Assembly (NCBI GenBank): GCA_963674865.2
Contig: CAXXYE010000008.1
Location: 448,001 to 512,000, forward strand
Source: Candidatus Hydrogenedentota bacterium
GTDB lineage: Bacteria; Hydrogenedentota; Hydrogenedentia; Hydrogenedentales; SLHB01
Length of the DNA stretch: 64,000 bases
Direction: 5' to 3'
How positions within the stretch are numbered: the stretch's first letter is position 1; every line of letters begins with the position of its first letter. Shown piece after piece: positions 21,088 to 31,599 of the stretch. A program made the position numbers and the translations under genes. Under the pieces are notes generated by a model that worked only from the letters and a program-made list of their open reading frames with translations, had not been told where the DNA came from and searched no databases.

Positions 21088-23331
21088 ATGGACGGAGGAT
21101 TGATGTCGGTATTGGCGGTGGCTTTGGGCTTCTCTATGGGGGCCGGCCCGCCGATCGCGGATGATTGGCTCACCGCCCCCGGTGTGTCTTTCGAGACGTA
21201 TCTTGTGCGCTGGTGGGGAGCACCGGGCTCGGAGATGACGCGGCCCATTCACCGTATCGCGCGCTTCGACAATGACAGATTCCAGTTGCATTACGGGATT
21301 GTGCCTGGACGAGATCTCGCCGACTACACCATGCCTTACTCACCCATCCGAAGTGTCTTATCCTTCGTCGACTCGCCCGCTGAACTGGCGCAGCAAGTGG
21401 AAATCACTTACACCGACGCCGACGGGGAGCACAGCATCGGATTCACGCCTCGCAGTGGCGTCGAGTTGGCGCCATCCGGCGATGCGCTCGCCGTGAAGAT
21501 CTCTAACCGCAGCATTGCAGCGCCCGAGGATATCACCACGGTTGGGGACGACTCCTACGAAGAGGACAATCCACTATCCATTGAGGAGGTGTTCGTACTC
21601 CGTAAGGGGGAGGGGAATGTGCCTATCCACGCCCGCTTGCGTAACGCGGGAGACGCCGAGCTGCGCGATGTCACCGTTACCTTCGTGTTCGAGGAGTCCT
21701 TTTCCTGGAGCCGGTTCGGGGCGGCGGAAGAAAACACGTACGTGGCTTTGCAGGCGCCTGCTTCCGGCGAAGCACGCGCATTCTACGCCTTTTCCGAGGG
21801 AATGAACCGCGGTTACGCGCTCGCCGCGGGCAGCGGAACCACCCTCACCTATGAGGTGACGCCGGAGATGAATCGTTGGCGCGTGGCCATTTCGTGCGAG
21901 GCTGGCACGCTTCCCCCGTCTTCGACAAAGACGTTTGAGTGCGCGCTTCAAGTGTTGGACGCAGTTCCGGAACACGTTGAAGCAGGCCTACCGAAAGATG
22001 ACATTTGGGCGCTCGACTACAGGCGCTTTCAAGCGACAGGCCTCAAGACTGCGCCGGTATCTCGCGAGCGGCGCGTCAGCATCGATGATCTTGCCGCGGA
22101 TCTGAGTCGGCCCAAGGTGCGCGGACTGAACCTGCGCGCCGGTTTCCCGGAGGCCCTGGCCGATTTGGAAACGCTCAAAGATTGGGGATGCAACCTTGTT
22201 ATCGCCAATCTCGGCGATCCTGAGGATACCGCGAAGTACATCGCGCGCGGCCATGCCCTTGGCATGGAGATGCTGCTGGCCGGGCACGGCCATTTCAGCG
22301 ATGGCTCGCCTGACTTCAGCACGTATTATGAGACGCCGCGCACGCAGGAGCAGATTCCCGATGCTCACGGCCAGGATGAGGACCACTATTATTGGCGTGG
22401 GGTCGAGCCAAAATGTGAATTCCCGGATGAATTCGGCAAGTCCATGAGTCAAGCCACGCACGACGAGGAGGTGGACTACTGGGCGCGGTGTTTTTGCGCC
22501 AAATGGCGCGGCGTGCGGGACGCCCTGAAGTCTCATGCCCCCGACGTGGGCATGTGGTTCTATGCGCCATTCCCGAGTGTGGCGCATGTCGAGCCTGTAG
22601 ACAGCTATGACCTTTTCATGGGGGCGATCGTGCAAGGACTCGGAGATGTTTTGACGGTGTTCCCATTTCACTACGGGATTGAATACAACCAGTGCGAGTA
22701 CATGATGCGCCGGTGGAAGGACTGCGGGGCGAAGCGTGCGGTGTTCCTGCCTATGCGCGATTTCATGACGCGGCCGACGCAGTTCATTCGCGCTATCACG
22801 GCGGCCCGGCGCGGGGGCGCCGATGGCGCATGCGGCTTCAACTTCGGCATCAGCGACGCGACGCCGGAGAATCAATGGCAATGGAAGGCGGTAATGCTCG
22901 GCGCATGGGCGAATTTCCCAACGCCCGACTTGAGCGCCTATTGCCTGATGGAAAAGCCTGCGGAACTTGTCGAGGCATTGGCCCAGCCCGGCTTGGTGGT
23001 TCACGTGGTTACCGAGGCGGACGGTTTCGATGGAGAGGTGCAACTTGCCGCGCTTTCGGAGGCGCTCCCTGGCGTGCGCCTCTCGTCTACTCCGTCGAAG
23101 GATGATGGACTGACCATTTTGCTTACCGATAAGCGTTCGGGCGAGGCAGAAGGAGGTGGGGCGGTGATTTCCGACGCTCTATGGAGTGATCACAAGGGCA
23201 TTGTCCAAATGCAAGAGAGGACGGTGCGTCTGTCCGGAGCGGATGCTACGGCCTTGCGCAGTGCCTGCGATCTTCTGCTGCGTTTTGCCGACGTCGCACG
23301 TGACGAACGCAAGGCACTGGAGTCTAACTAA
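21088..23331 (+). CDS. Secreted hypothetical protein, possibly with a TIM-barrel glycoside-hydrolase-like domain
   Basis: RBS GAGGAGGT; signal-like MSVLAVALGFSMGA; VRGLNL...DLETLKDWGCNLV and GQDEDHYYW segments. No family recognised. Confidence 0.6.
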   Translation: MDGGLMSVLAVALGFSMGAGPPIADDWLTAPGVSFETYLVRWWGAPGSEMTRPIHRIARFDNDRFQLHYGIVPGRDLADYTMPYSPIRSVLSFVDSPAELAQQVEITYTDADGEHSIGFTPRSGVELAPSGDALAVKISNRSIAAPEDITTVGDDSYEEDNPLSIEEVFVLRKGEGNVPIHARLRNAGDAELRDVTVTFVFEESFSWSRFGAAEENTYVALQAPASGEARAFYAFSEGMNRGYALAAGSGTTLTYEVTPEMNRWRVAISCEAGTLPPSSTKTFECALQVLDAVPEHVEAGLPKDDIWALDYRRFQATGLKTAPVSRERRVSIDDLAADLSRPKVRGLNLRAGFPEALADLETLKDWGCNLVIANLGDPEDTAKYIARGHALGMEMLLAGHGHFSDGSPDFSTYYETPRTQEQIPDAHGQDEDHYYWRGVEPKCEFPDEFGKSMSQATHDEEVDYWARCFCAKWRGVRDALKSHAPDVGMWFYAPFPSVAHVEPVDSYDLFMGAIVQGLGDVLTVFPFHYGIEYNQCEYMMRRWKDCGAKRAVFLPMRDFMTRPTQFIRAITAARRGGADGACGFNFGISDATPENQWQWKAVMLGAWANFPTPDLSAYCLMEKPAELVEALAQPGLVVHVVTEADGFDGEVQLAALSEALPGVRLSSTPSKDDGLTILLTDKRSGEAEGGGAVISDALWSDHKGIVQMQERTVRLSGADATALRSACDLLLRFADVARDERKALESN

Positions 23332-23495
23332 GGAGCGCCGGACGCCCACGGCTCGGCTCCCCGAGTCCGTACCGATATCTCTTGTGTCATCCGCGTGACT
23401 TGACATCGGCGGGCCGTACTTCGAGAATCCAGCCCGTCATGAGAGGATTGTCCTGAGGCCGGCGGACTATTGCTACGAACTAAGAGGAATGTGAC

Positions 23496-24686
23496 TTGAA
23501 GAACAGTGAATTGCGAATTGGCGTCATCGGCGCGGGCGGACGGGGCCACTTGGCCCGGCACGCTCACAATCCGGAGCAAGGCGTGTGTGTTGTTGCGGGC
23601 ATGGATGTGAGGGACCAGGCCCTTGACGAGTTCAAGGAACGCTTCGGCGAGGATGCGTTCGTCACCAAGGACTATCGCGAGCTTCTCGCACGGAAGGATA
23701 TCGACGCGGTCTTTGTAACCTCGCCGGACTTCCTCCACGAAGAGCAGGCTGTGGCCGCCCTTGAGGCGGGCAAGGCCGTCTACCTCGAAAAGCCCATGGC
23801 GATAACCATCGAGGGGTGCGACAGGATTCTCAAGGCCGCGTATAAGAATGAGGCCAAGCTCTACGTGGGCCATAACATGCGCCATATGGCCTTTGTCCTT
23901 AAGATGAAGGAGCTGATAGACGCCGGCGCCATCGGTGAGGTCAAGGCAGGGTGGTGCCGCCACTTTGTCGCCTACGGAGGCGACGCGTATTTCAAGGACT
24001 GGCACGCCGACCGCCGCTACTCGACCAGCCTGCTGCTGCAAAAAGGCGCGCATGATATCGACATTCTTCACTTCCTATGCGGCGGATACTCCAGCCAAGT
24101 CACGGCGATGGGCGGATTGACGCTCTACGATCAGATTACGGATCGGCATGATCCTTCGGAGCGCGGGGACGCCTCGTTCCGTCTGGAGAATTGGCCTCCC
24201 CTCTCACAGAAGCAGCTCAATCCCGTCATTGACGTGGAAGACTTGAGCATGATGCTCATGAAGCTCGACAACGGTGTCTTTTGCTCCTATCAGCAGTGTC
24301 ACTTCACACCGGACGGATGGCGTAACTACACCATTATCGGGACGGATGGCCGTATCGAGAATTTCAATGACTCGCCCGGCTCGTGCGTTGTTCGGCTCTA
24401 CGATCGACGCGCCGAGTACAATCCCTACGGGGACCAGCAGTTTTTCATCGCCAAACCGGACGCAGGCCGCAGCGGCGGACACGGCGGCGCCGACACCCTT
24501 ATTGTCGCCGAATTTGTTCGATTCGTTCGAGAGGGAGGCCGCATCCAGACCTCGCCCATCGCCGCGCGCAACAGCGTGGCCGCGGGTTTCCTGGCTGCCC
24601 ATAGCTTGCGCAACGGCGCCGTGCCGGTTGACATTCCGCCGGTGCCCGACGCCATCCGCGCCTATTTCGACGCGAACAATTTGTAG
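23496..24686 (+). CDS. Gfo/Idh/MocA family oxidoreductase
   Basis: IGVIGAGGRG, TSPDFLH, VYLEKPMA, VGHNMR, LLLQKGAHDID; TTG start. Confidence 0.92.
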   Translation: MKNSELRIGVIGAGGRGHLARHAHNPEQGVCVVAGMDVRDQALDEFKERFGEDAFVTKDYRELLARKDIDAVFVTSPDFLHEEQAVAALEAGKAVYLEKPMAITIEGCDRILKAAYKNEAKLYVGHNMRHMAFVLKMKELIDAGAIGEVKAGWCRHFVAYGGDAYFKDWHADRRYSTSLLLQKGAHDIDILHFLCGGYSSQVTAMGGLTLYDQITDRHDPSERGDASFRLENWPPLSQKQLNPVIDVEDLSMMLMKLDNGVFCSYQQCHFTPDGWRNYTIIGTDGRIENFNDSPGSCVVRLYDRRAEYNPYGDQQFFIAKPDAGRSGGHGGADTLIVAEFVRFVREGGRIQTSPIAARNSVAAGFLAAHSLRNGAVPVDIPPVPDAIRAYFDANNL

Positions 24687-24746
24687 CCGGCGATCTCCGG
24701 CAGTGCCGTCGGCTTCGTAGCTTTCTGAGAACAGGAGGATCAGAGG

Positions 24747-27700
24747 ATGTCCTTGGCGAAGTCCAACTTCTATAGCGTAATGGCCTTGGTTCTCCTGTGC
24801 GCGGCGGCCTTCGGCAGCCCGGCGCACGGCGCCATCGAGTGCCTCTGGACATGCCCGCCTCCTGAAGAGCCGGTAGATGCCAGCATCGATGCAAGTCCCG
24901 CAATTGCCGACGCCGACGGGGATGGGCGGCAAGAGATCTTCATCGCTACCACCTACGGGCATGTGATGGCCCTGGATAGCACGGGCAAGGAGAAATGGAA
25001 GACCTATGTCGGGGACGTGCTCTTCCTCGCGCCCAGTGTAGCGGACATCACGGGCGATGGGAAACTCGAGGTCATTGTCGGCGGCCGACGCGAGAGATTC
25101 GTCTGTCTCGACGCGGCGACGGGCGCGGAGCTCTGGGGATGGCAGCACTCAGGCTCTGTCGAATGGGGCACCACCGCCGCCGTCGTGGCCGACATGGACG
25201 GCGATGGAGTGGGCGAGGTGGTCGCCGGCGACGCCAACGGCCTGGTTGTTTGTCTTGAGGGTGACGGCTCTGAACGCTGGCGCTATGAGGGAACGCATGG
25301 CTGGACACTGTGTCCCGCCGTGGGCGACCTCGATAACGACGGCGCGCTGGAAGTCCTCTTGGGCGGCACAGAGATTCCCCTGGTATGCCTCGATAATTCC
25401 GGGGCGGAGAAGTGGCGGTTTGGGGAATCCGGGCGGGGCGCGAGTCCCGTGTTGGCCGACCTGGACGGTGACGCCGACCTGGAAATCATCACCGGCATTG
25501 GCCGCGCTCTTTGCGTCATCGATCATTCCGGCAATGTGGTGTGGAAGTGCCCGATGTCGGGAAGGCTCGACGCCGCCATCTCGGTGGGCGACGCGGATCA
25601 GGACGGCGCGCCGGAGATTTACGCGGCAGACCTCTCAGGTGAGTTGGCCAAGCTAACCGCCGAAGGAAAGACACTCTGGGAGCGGAATGTCGGCGGCCGT
25701 GTCCGGCGCTCCCCCTCCATCGGAGATATCGACGGGGATGGCATCATCGAGATCCTGGTGGCGGGATACAGCAACGCCATTCACGTGTTTCGGCCGGACG
25801 GCACCCTCAAGACGGTGGTGCCTTTGGGAGAAGCGGCCAACGGAACCGCCACACTCGCAGACCTCGAAGGTGAAGGCAGTCTTAGTATCATCTGCCCGGC
25901 CGCTTGGCAAGGCATGAAAGCCTTCCGGTGGGAAGGCGCCCCCAAGGCAGGTGCGGTGTTGTGGCCGGAGTATCGCTTCAACACGGCTCGCACGGCGGCG
26001 TACGCCCCCCCCGCCGCTGCCGGCCGCGGCGTCCGCATCAGCGCTATCGACTATGGCCCGTGCCACGTCGGCGTGAACACATTCTCGGTTCGGGTGGAGA
26101 ATCCCGACAAACGCCGCCTCGCCGTTCGGCTCTCGGTGGCTTTCGGAGCGGACGAGCCTTGTGTCAGTCTGCTGCAATCGGATGCTGAGGCGATCACGCG
26201 CGAACTCCCCTATACTGTCAGCGGAACGCGGGCGCTCGATATCCATTTCGCCTGCCGGGTCGACACGGATGAAGGCGAACCGGTGCTTCTGGCGCGCGCG
26301 GAGCATTCCGAGTACGTCGCTCCCTTCCAGCGGGAACTGATGGACATTCTCCGTTCCTTGGACAGACTGGACGCCGCCACGGCGGCGCTGCCTGATCCCG
26401 GATTTATACGTGAGCGCCTCGATGCCTTCCGCTTCCGCCTTCCCGGCTGCCGCGAACGCACGAACCTCGCCGGAAGCATGAATGCGGAAGAACTGGGCAC
26501 GTTACAGCGGGATGTCGCCGCTCTTTGGGAGGAATCGACCCAGCTTGCGCAATTGATTGAGGGCCTTCAGGCCGCTTCCGACGGCAGCATACCGCCCGTG
26601 CTCATGAGTGGGGCCAATCCCTGGGCGCCTTTCGGCGGCATGAGGGAGATCACGGAGCAACGTCTCTCCCCCGCGGCCATCGACGTGGAGGCCTTCGCCG
26701 GGGAGTATGAAAACGGCGCGTTGAATGTTTACAACCTAACTCATGCGCCCCTCTCTTTCCGCGTAGCTTTGAGCAGCTTCAGTCGCGTGGGTGTCGAGGA
26801 TGAGACCGAGGTGGCGGCTTCCGAAGTGGCCACCTTGCGGGAGGTCTTGGACATACCCACCCAGGATGACGACCTTTCCGCCGATGCGATTCCCCTTCTC
26901 AATCAGGGCGATGTCCTAACCGTGTCAGGTTGGAATGGGCGGCAACTCTGGCTCGAAGTCAACACCAAGGCCCTTGTCGCGGGAGAATGGCGCGCGTCGC
27001 TGTCGCTGCGAAGCCTGGAGCCGAAACCTCGGGAACTGATCATTCCTGTGAACGTGACGGTTTGGGAAGATGCCGTGCCTGAAGAGCAGCCGGTAACGCT
27101 GTGTCATTGGGGCTATGTGCATCGCTCCGTCTTGAGCAATCAGCCGGAAGCCGCGCTGAAGGATCAAGTCGAGCACGGGACAAACGTGTTCGTCGGCACG
27201 TTTGCCCCGGAAGCCTCCTTCGATGAGGCGGGGGAGATCGTCGACGAGATCGATTTCACGGCGCACGATGCGTATGTGCAGGCGTATGTCCCGCACGGGA
27301 CGATCCTTTTCTGTGGCTATCAGAGCGCTTTGAAAGGCCCCGGCGGCCACATGGGCGATGCGTACAAGAAGGCGTATGTGGCTTGGTTGAGAGCGTGGGT
27401 AGAACACCTGAAGGAAATAGGCGTCGGCTACGAGGACTACGCGCTCTATCCGATCGACGAGCCGGGATTGAAAGACGGGCTCGTGGAGATGTTTCTGCAC
27501 TACGCAACACTGGCCAGGGAAGCGGATCCAAATGTGCGGATCTACACCGATCCCGTCAAGCGCATCACCATGGACGAACTGAAGGCCATGGCGCCTTATG
27601 TTGACATTTGGTGTCCTAACGCCGGGAGCTTCCTCAAGTTCGACTGCGCGGACAAGCTGGCTTTCATAAAGGCGCAGCAGAAGCCGGTATGGACTTATGA

Positions 27701-28190
27701 ATGCTCCGGAAATGCGAAGCACCAATCGCCTCTTGGCTATTATCGTGCTCTGGCCTGGCTGGCGTGGCATCGCGGCCTAAGCGGCATCGGTTACTGGACC
27801 TACTGCACTTCGTCGGACGATCCCTGGTTCCGCCCGAAGGGCAAGGCCGAGTACCTGCTGATCTACCAGGGGCGCGGCGTAGTGCCAAGCAAGCGCTGGA
27901 AGGCTATTCGCGATGGCCTGGAAGACTACAGCATCCTGCATGCGTTGAGGGAGGCCGCTGATGCCGCGGCGCAATCGGGGGCCTGTCCGGAATCGGTGGC
28001 CGCCGCCAAGGCTCTCCTGCAGGAAGACGCTTGGGCCGTCGCGCAATTCTGTGGCATCGATGATGACGATACTCTCCCCGGCCCCGGTGGCCTGGCCGAA
28101 GTTCGTCAGGTAGCCGACAGGCGCTGGGAAAAGATCCAGTCAACCCGGAGACAAATCGCGGAGCTGCTCGGCGAACTCAGGACGCCGTAG
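24747..28190 (+). CDS. Secreted FG-GAP/VCBS repeat protein with C-terminal DUF4091/GH123-like domain
   Basis: Signal peptide; about 7 repeats of the ADxDGDGxxEI type; C-terminal YPIDEPG, VDIWCP, WTYEC, SKRWKAIRDGLEDY. Confidence 0.75.
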   Translation: MSLAKSNFYSVMALVLLCAAAFGSPAHGAIECLWTCPPPEEPVDASIDASPAIADADGDGRQEIFIATTYGHVMALDSTGKEKWKTYVGDVLFLAPSVADITGDGKLEVIVGGRRERFVCLDAATGAELWGWQHSGSVEWGTTAAVVADMDGDGVGEVVAGDANGLVVCLEGDGSERWRYEGTHGWTLCPAVGDLDNDGALEVLLGGTEIPLVCLDNSGAEKWRFGESGRGASPVLADLDGDADLEIITGIGRALCVIDHSGNVVWKCPMSGRLDAAISVGDADQDGAPEIYAADLSGELAKLTAEGKTLWERNVGGRVRRSPSIGDIDGDGIIEILVAGYSNAIHVFRPDGTLKTVVPLGEAANGTATLADLEGEGSLSIICPAAWQGMKAFRWEGAPKAGAVLWPEYRFNTARTAAYAPPAAAGRGVRISAIDYGPCHVGVNTFSVRVENPDKRRLAVRLSVAFGADEPCVSLLQSDAEAITRELPYTVSGTRALDIHFACRVDTDEGEPVLLARAEHSEYVAPFQRELMDILRSLDRLDAATAALPDPGFIRERLDAFRFRLPGCRERTNLAGSMNAEELGTLQRDVAALWEESTQLAQLIEGLQAASDGSIPPVLMSGANPWAPFGGMREITEQRLSPAAIDVEAFAGEYENGALNVYNLTHAPLSFRVALSSFSRVGVEDETEVAASEVATLREVLDIPTQDDDLSADAIPLLNQGDVLTVSGWNGRQLWLEVNTKALVAGEWRASLSLRSLEPKPRELIIPVNVTVWEDAVPEEQPVTLCHWGYVHRSVLSNQPEAALKDQVEHGTNVFVGTFAPEASFDEAGEIVDEIDFTAHDAYVQAYVPHGTILFCGYQSALKGPGGHMGDAYKKAYVAWLRAWVEHLKEIGVGYEDYALYPIDEPGLKDGLVEMFLHYATLAREADPNVRIYTDPVKRITMDELKAMAPYVDIWCPNAGSFLKFDCADKLAFIKAQQKPVWTYECSGNAKHQSPLGYYRALAWLAWHRGLSGIGYWTYCTSSDDPWFRPKGKAEYLLIYQGRGVVPSKRWKAIRDGLEDYSILHALREAADAAAQSGACPESVAAAKALLQEDAWAVAQFCGIDDDDTLPGPGGLAEVRQVADRRWEKIQSTRRQIAELLGELRTP

Positions 28191-28206
28191 CCGAGCGAGG
28201 CGATCC

Positions 28207-29316
28207 TCAGGGCGCCTGCCAGATGCTGGCGGCGATGTAGCGCTCACCGTTCGGCGTGTCGTGGTAGTAGTAGATCGTGACGATCTTGCCGTCGGTGCGC
28301 TGGACGGTGCGCGTGTAACCCATATCCCAGCCGCCGCCGTTGGGCCGTACAATATGCTCCGGGCTCCACGTGGCGCCATCATCCTTGCTGAAGACGGCAC
28401 GCACCGTATGGGGGGCATCGCGGTTGGCGTACGTGATAACCAGGCGCTTGTCCTTTAGGCGGCTCATGGACGGCGGGTTGCCGCTGCGGCCGCCGTTTTC
28501 CGTGACAGGTACAGCGAGCAACTCCCAGCTCATTCCGCCATCTTGCGAGCGAAACAGTTCGATGGAGTTGTGGTTCTCCCGAACCGAGTCATCGCGTCGG
28601 CGAGTAGCTACAACGAAGTCGCCGTTGGGGAGGCGCACGGATGACGGCATGATGGAGAACCTGGAGGCCGGTTCCGGGCCGATCCAGGCGAATTGGTTCC
28701 AGTGTTCACCGCCGGTGCGTGTGCGTGCGCAGAAGGGGCGCCCCTCGTTCCCGTCGGTCTTCTGGGCGGTGAGAAATAGCATCAGATCCTGTTCGCCAAG
28801 CACTTGGTAGTCCGTGCGGGCGCGTAGTTCAAGGCTTTCTGAGAACGGCAGATTCCATGGTCCGTCCCACGTGTGGCCTTTGTCCAGGGACGTGTAGCAT
28901 CGCGAGCCGTGGGCCGCCAGCGCGAATCCCGGTGTCGTGAACACGATGTCCGCCGGAAACCGGCGCGGTTCGCCCTCCGGGAACGGCGCCTTGGCCCACG
29001 TCCACGTCTCGCCGCCATCCAGGCTGCGTGCCAGCATATTGTCGGTTGGCCGCGTCCGGTCAATGAGGTGGCTCGTCTCTCCTTCGGGATTACCGAGCCA
29101 TCCACGCGAGAAGCCTACGAGGATCTCATCATCCCACTGCCAAACGCCGCCGTTGGCGGGCCACCCGGCGAATCGCTCCGCCTCGAAATACACTGTCACA
29201 TGGCGTACATCCGTCACGGTCACCTCTCCTTCTTCCGCTGCACCAGCCGCGGTAGTAATCGCCGTCAAGGCGGCCAGAGCCAGATAGCTTGATGTATGCA
29301 CGAGGAATCCTTTCAT
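28207..29316 (-). CDS. Secreted sialidase-family (BNR/Asp-box) protein
   Basis: Signal peptide; Asp-boxes RSLDGGETW, TSLDKGHTW, RSQDGGMSW, FSKDDGATW; DMGY. Confidence 0.82.
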   Translation of the reverse strand: MKGFLVHTSSYLALAALTAITTAAGAAEEGEVTVTDVRHVTVYFEAERFAGWPANGGVWQWDDEILVGFSRGWLGNPEGETSHLIDRTRPTDNMLARSLDGGETWTWAKAPFPEGEPRRFPADIVFTTPGFALAAHGSRCYTSLDKGHTWDGPWNLPFSESLELRARTDYQVLGEQDLMLFLTAQKTDGNEGRPFCARTRTGGEHWNQFAWIGPEPASRFSIMPSSVRLPNGDFVVATRRRDDSVRENHNSIELFRSQDGGMSWELLAVPVTENGGRSGNPPSMSRLKDKRLVITYANRDAPHTVRAVFSKDDGATWSPEHIVRPNGGGWDMGYTRTVQRTDGKIVTIYYYHDTPNGERYIAASIWQAP

Positions 29317-29434
29317 GCCGTCTGTCAGAGCCCGCAGCTTCTTTCGCGCCTCAACCGACCCGTGGCGACCACGGGCACGCTGTCCATTACTCTAGCGTGA
29401 CATACCAGCGCCTTCAAGGCGTGTGGCGTCCGCC

Positions 29435-31474
29435 CTACTCAATGCGCAACTTCTCACCGAAGGTTATGCCGGGCCACTCATCCGTCCGGAAGGGGGAGGC
29501 GGGCAATCCCGCCGCGTTGTGCAGGTTGCAGTCCGGGTTATCGGCCCACGCATAGCGCACGGCCACTGGGCGGGCAATGTCGTTGCGCCACACGACGACG
29601 CTGTCGCCGTCAATCTCAGCCTGCGCCCAGCGGAATTCACGATCCTTCCCGGCGATGGCGAATCCGCGCAACGGTTCCCCGCCTTTCGCTACCAAACCGC
29701 GCCCGACGTGGTCGAATTGGATGCGGATACGTTCCCCTTCGATCGCAGCACCCCGAAAGAGCGGGCCGGAATAGGCCAGGTCTTCGTCGTAGGCAACATG
29801 CCGTGCCACGAGGGCCAAGCGCGCGCCCACATCCTGTTTGTTCGCCGGATGGATGTTGTCCGCCTCACCGAGGTCAACGGTGATGGCCATGCCGGTGTTC
29901 GGGAGGGCCAGTGCCATGGCTTGGGCCTCGCGCATTTCGGCCCAGTTGGCTTCACCCGGCTCCTGCCGGCGGGCACGGTAGTTCGGCAACTGCACAAACA
30001 GAAACGGGAAATCGCCCCGGCCCCAGTGCGCGCGCCAGTCCCGAATCAAGGTCGGGAACAGGCCGCGGTAGGCATAGGCCCGGCGCTCGTTGGATTCGCC
30101 CTGATACCAGATGGCGCCGCGTATTGGGACGCGCGTCAGCGGCGCAATCATGGCGTTGAAGAGCCGTGAAGGCGCGTTGGGATTATCCGGGTGCATGAGG
30201 GGCGGCCTCGGTATTTCCGGGAACTTCTGCCCGTGGGTGCCCGGCCGGCATTGCCATGGCCCCGCCAAAGAAATACTCTCGCCGTCGGCTCGGATCCAGA
30301 AGTTGTCCGGATCGCCATAGAGCCCGCCCTTGTTGCCCATGTCATAGACGCGGGCCGCTATCGTGGCCGGGCCCGCCTGGACGAGGCCGGCGGGAATGGG
30401 GAATCCCGTCTCACATTGAGCGTTGGCGGCCCACTTGACGATCTCCTCGCCGTTGAGCCACATCCGCAAGCGATCGTTAACCGACCCCACCCGGATACGG
30501 AGCTCCTTTCCGGCCCACGACTCGGGAATCGTCACCGTGCGCCGGTGCCACATCAGGCCGTCAAGTTCGGGATAGCCGGCATCTTCCCAATAGGTGGGAA
30601 GTGTTATGGCTGCCCAGTCTGAATCGTCGAACTCGGGCCGCGCCCAGCGGGCCTTTCCGTCGACGTATCCGGCATCCGCATCGTCCACGGCCTGTTTCCA
30701 GGCCGCCATCTCTTCGTCGAACCGCTCGGCGATGGCCTGAATTCGTGTGGGATCGCGGTCGATCTCGTCCAAGAGCGTACCGAATTCAGGCAGCGTTTGC
30801 AGGCCTTCCTTGCTCGTCCAAGCCTCGGCCATTGTGCCGCCTACCGAACTGTTGAGCATACCAATGGGCACGCGTGTGTGCTGGTGGATGGCTCTCGCAA
30901 AGAAGTAGCCCGTCGCCGAGAACGCCCCCACCGTGTCCGGCGAACACACTTGCCACCCTTCCGTCGCGATGTCTTCCCGGACGATGGGGCTGCCCTCGCG
31001 CCGCACCGTCAGCATGCGGATTCCCGGCCAAGTTGCCGCCGCCACTTCCTGCTCTGCGTTTTTCACCTGCAAGGCGCCTGATTTCACCGGCCACGCCATA
31101 TTGGACTGTCCTGAACATAGCCAGACGTCGCCAATCATGATATCGCTCAGGACGCGCCGTTCCGTTCCCATAATCACGAGTTCGTAGGGGCCGCCAGCGG
31201 GCATGGGTGGGAGGTCCGCCGACCATGCGCCGGCGGCGTCGGCCGTCGTGGAGACAGTCTGGCCGGCCAGCGACACCTGAAGGCCCGAATTCGGCGCCGC
31301 CGTTCCCCAAACGGGAATGGGCATCTCCCGTTGCAACACCATGTGGTCGCCGAAAAGAGCCGGCAAGTCGATCTGCGCGCGCGCAGGGAAGCACAACAGG
31401 CCACCTGCCAGGCAGAGGAGGGCGGACGCGACAAGGTCGCAGCGCAACAACAACCGCTTCACTGAATGAGACAA
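29435..31474 (-). CDS. Sialate O-acetylesterase (SASA, SGNH fold); start uncertain
   Basis: GDHMVLQR, GDVWLCSGQSNM, WYQGESN, DNIHP.NK, VRYAWADNP, PASPFRTD. The TTG at 31474 follows GGGAG. Confidence 0.88.
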   Translation of the reverse strand: MSHSVKRLLLRCDLVASALLCLAGGLLCFPARAQIDLPALFGDHMVLQREMPIPVWGTAAPNSGLQVSLAGQTVSTTADAAGAWSADLPPMPAGGPYELVIMGTERRVLSDIMIGDVWLCSGQSNMAWPVKSGALQVKNAEQEVAAATWPGIRMLTVRREGSPIVREDIATEGWQVCSPDTVGAFSATGYFFARAIHQHTRVPIGMLNSSVGGTMAEAWTSKEGLQTLPEFGTLLDEIDRDPTRIQAIAERFDEEMAAWKQAVDDADAGYVDGKARWARPEFDDSDWAAITLPTYWEDAGYPELDGLMWHRRTVTIPESWAGKELRIRVGSVNDRLRMWLNGEEIVKWAANAQCETGFPIPAGLVQAGPATIAARVYDMGNKGGLYGDPDNFWIRADGESISLAGPWQCRPGTHGQKFPEIPRPPLMHPDNPNAPSRLFNAMIAPLTRVPIRGAIWYQGESNERRAYAYRGLFPTLIRDWRAHWGRGDFPFLFVQLPNYRARRQEPGEANWAEMREAQAMALALPNTGMAITVDLGEADNIHPANKQDVGARLALVARHVAYDEDLAYSGPLFRGAAIEGERIRIQFDHVGRGLVAKGGEPLRGFAIAGKDREFRWAQAEIDGDSVVVWRNDIARPVAVRYAWADNPDCNLHNAAGLPASPFRTDEWPGITFGEKLRIE

Positions 31475-31599
31475 GATGTTTTCTCCCGCGTTATGGTTTG
31501 CCCTCATTGGCCGCCGGGCCGGATATCCATGCGTTTCCGCACGTGAGCGCCGACCTCTGGGCGAATGACGACATGAACTTATCGATGACATCAGGAACA

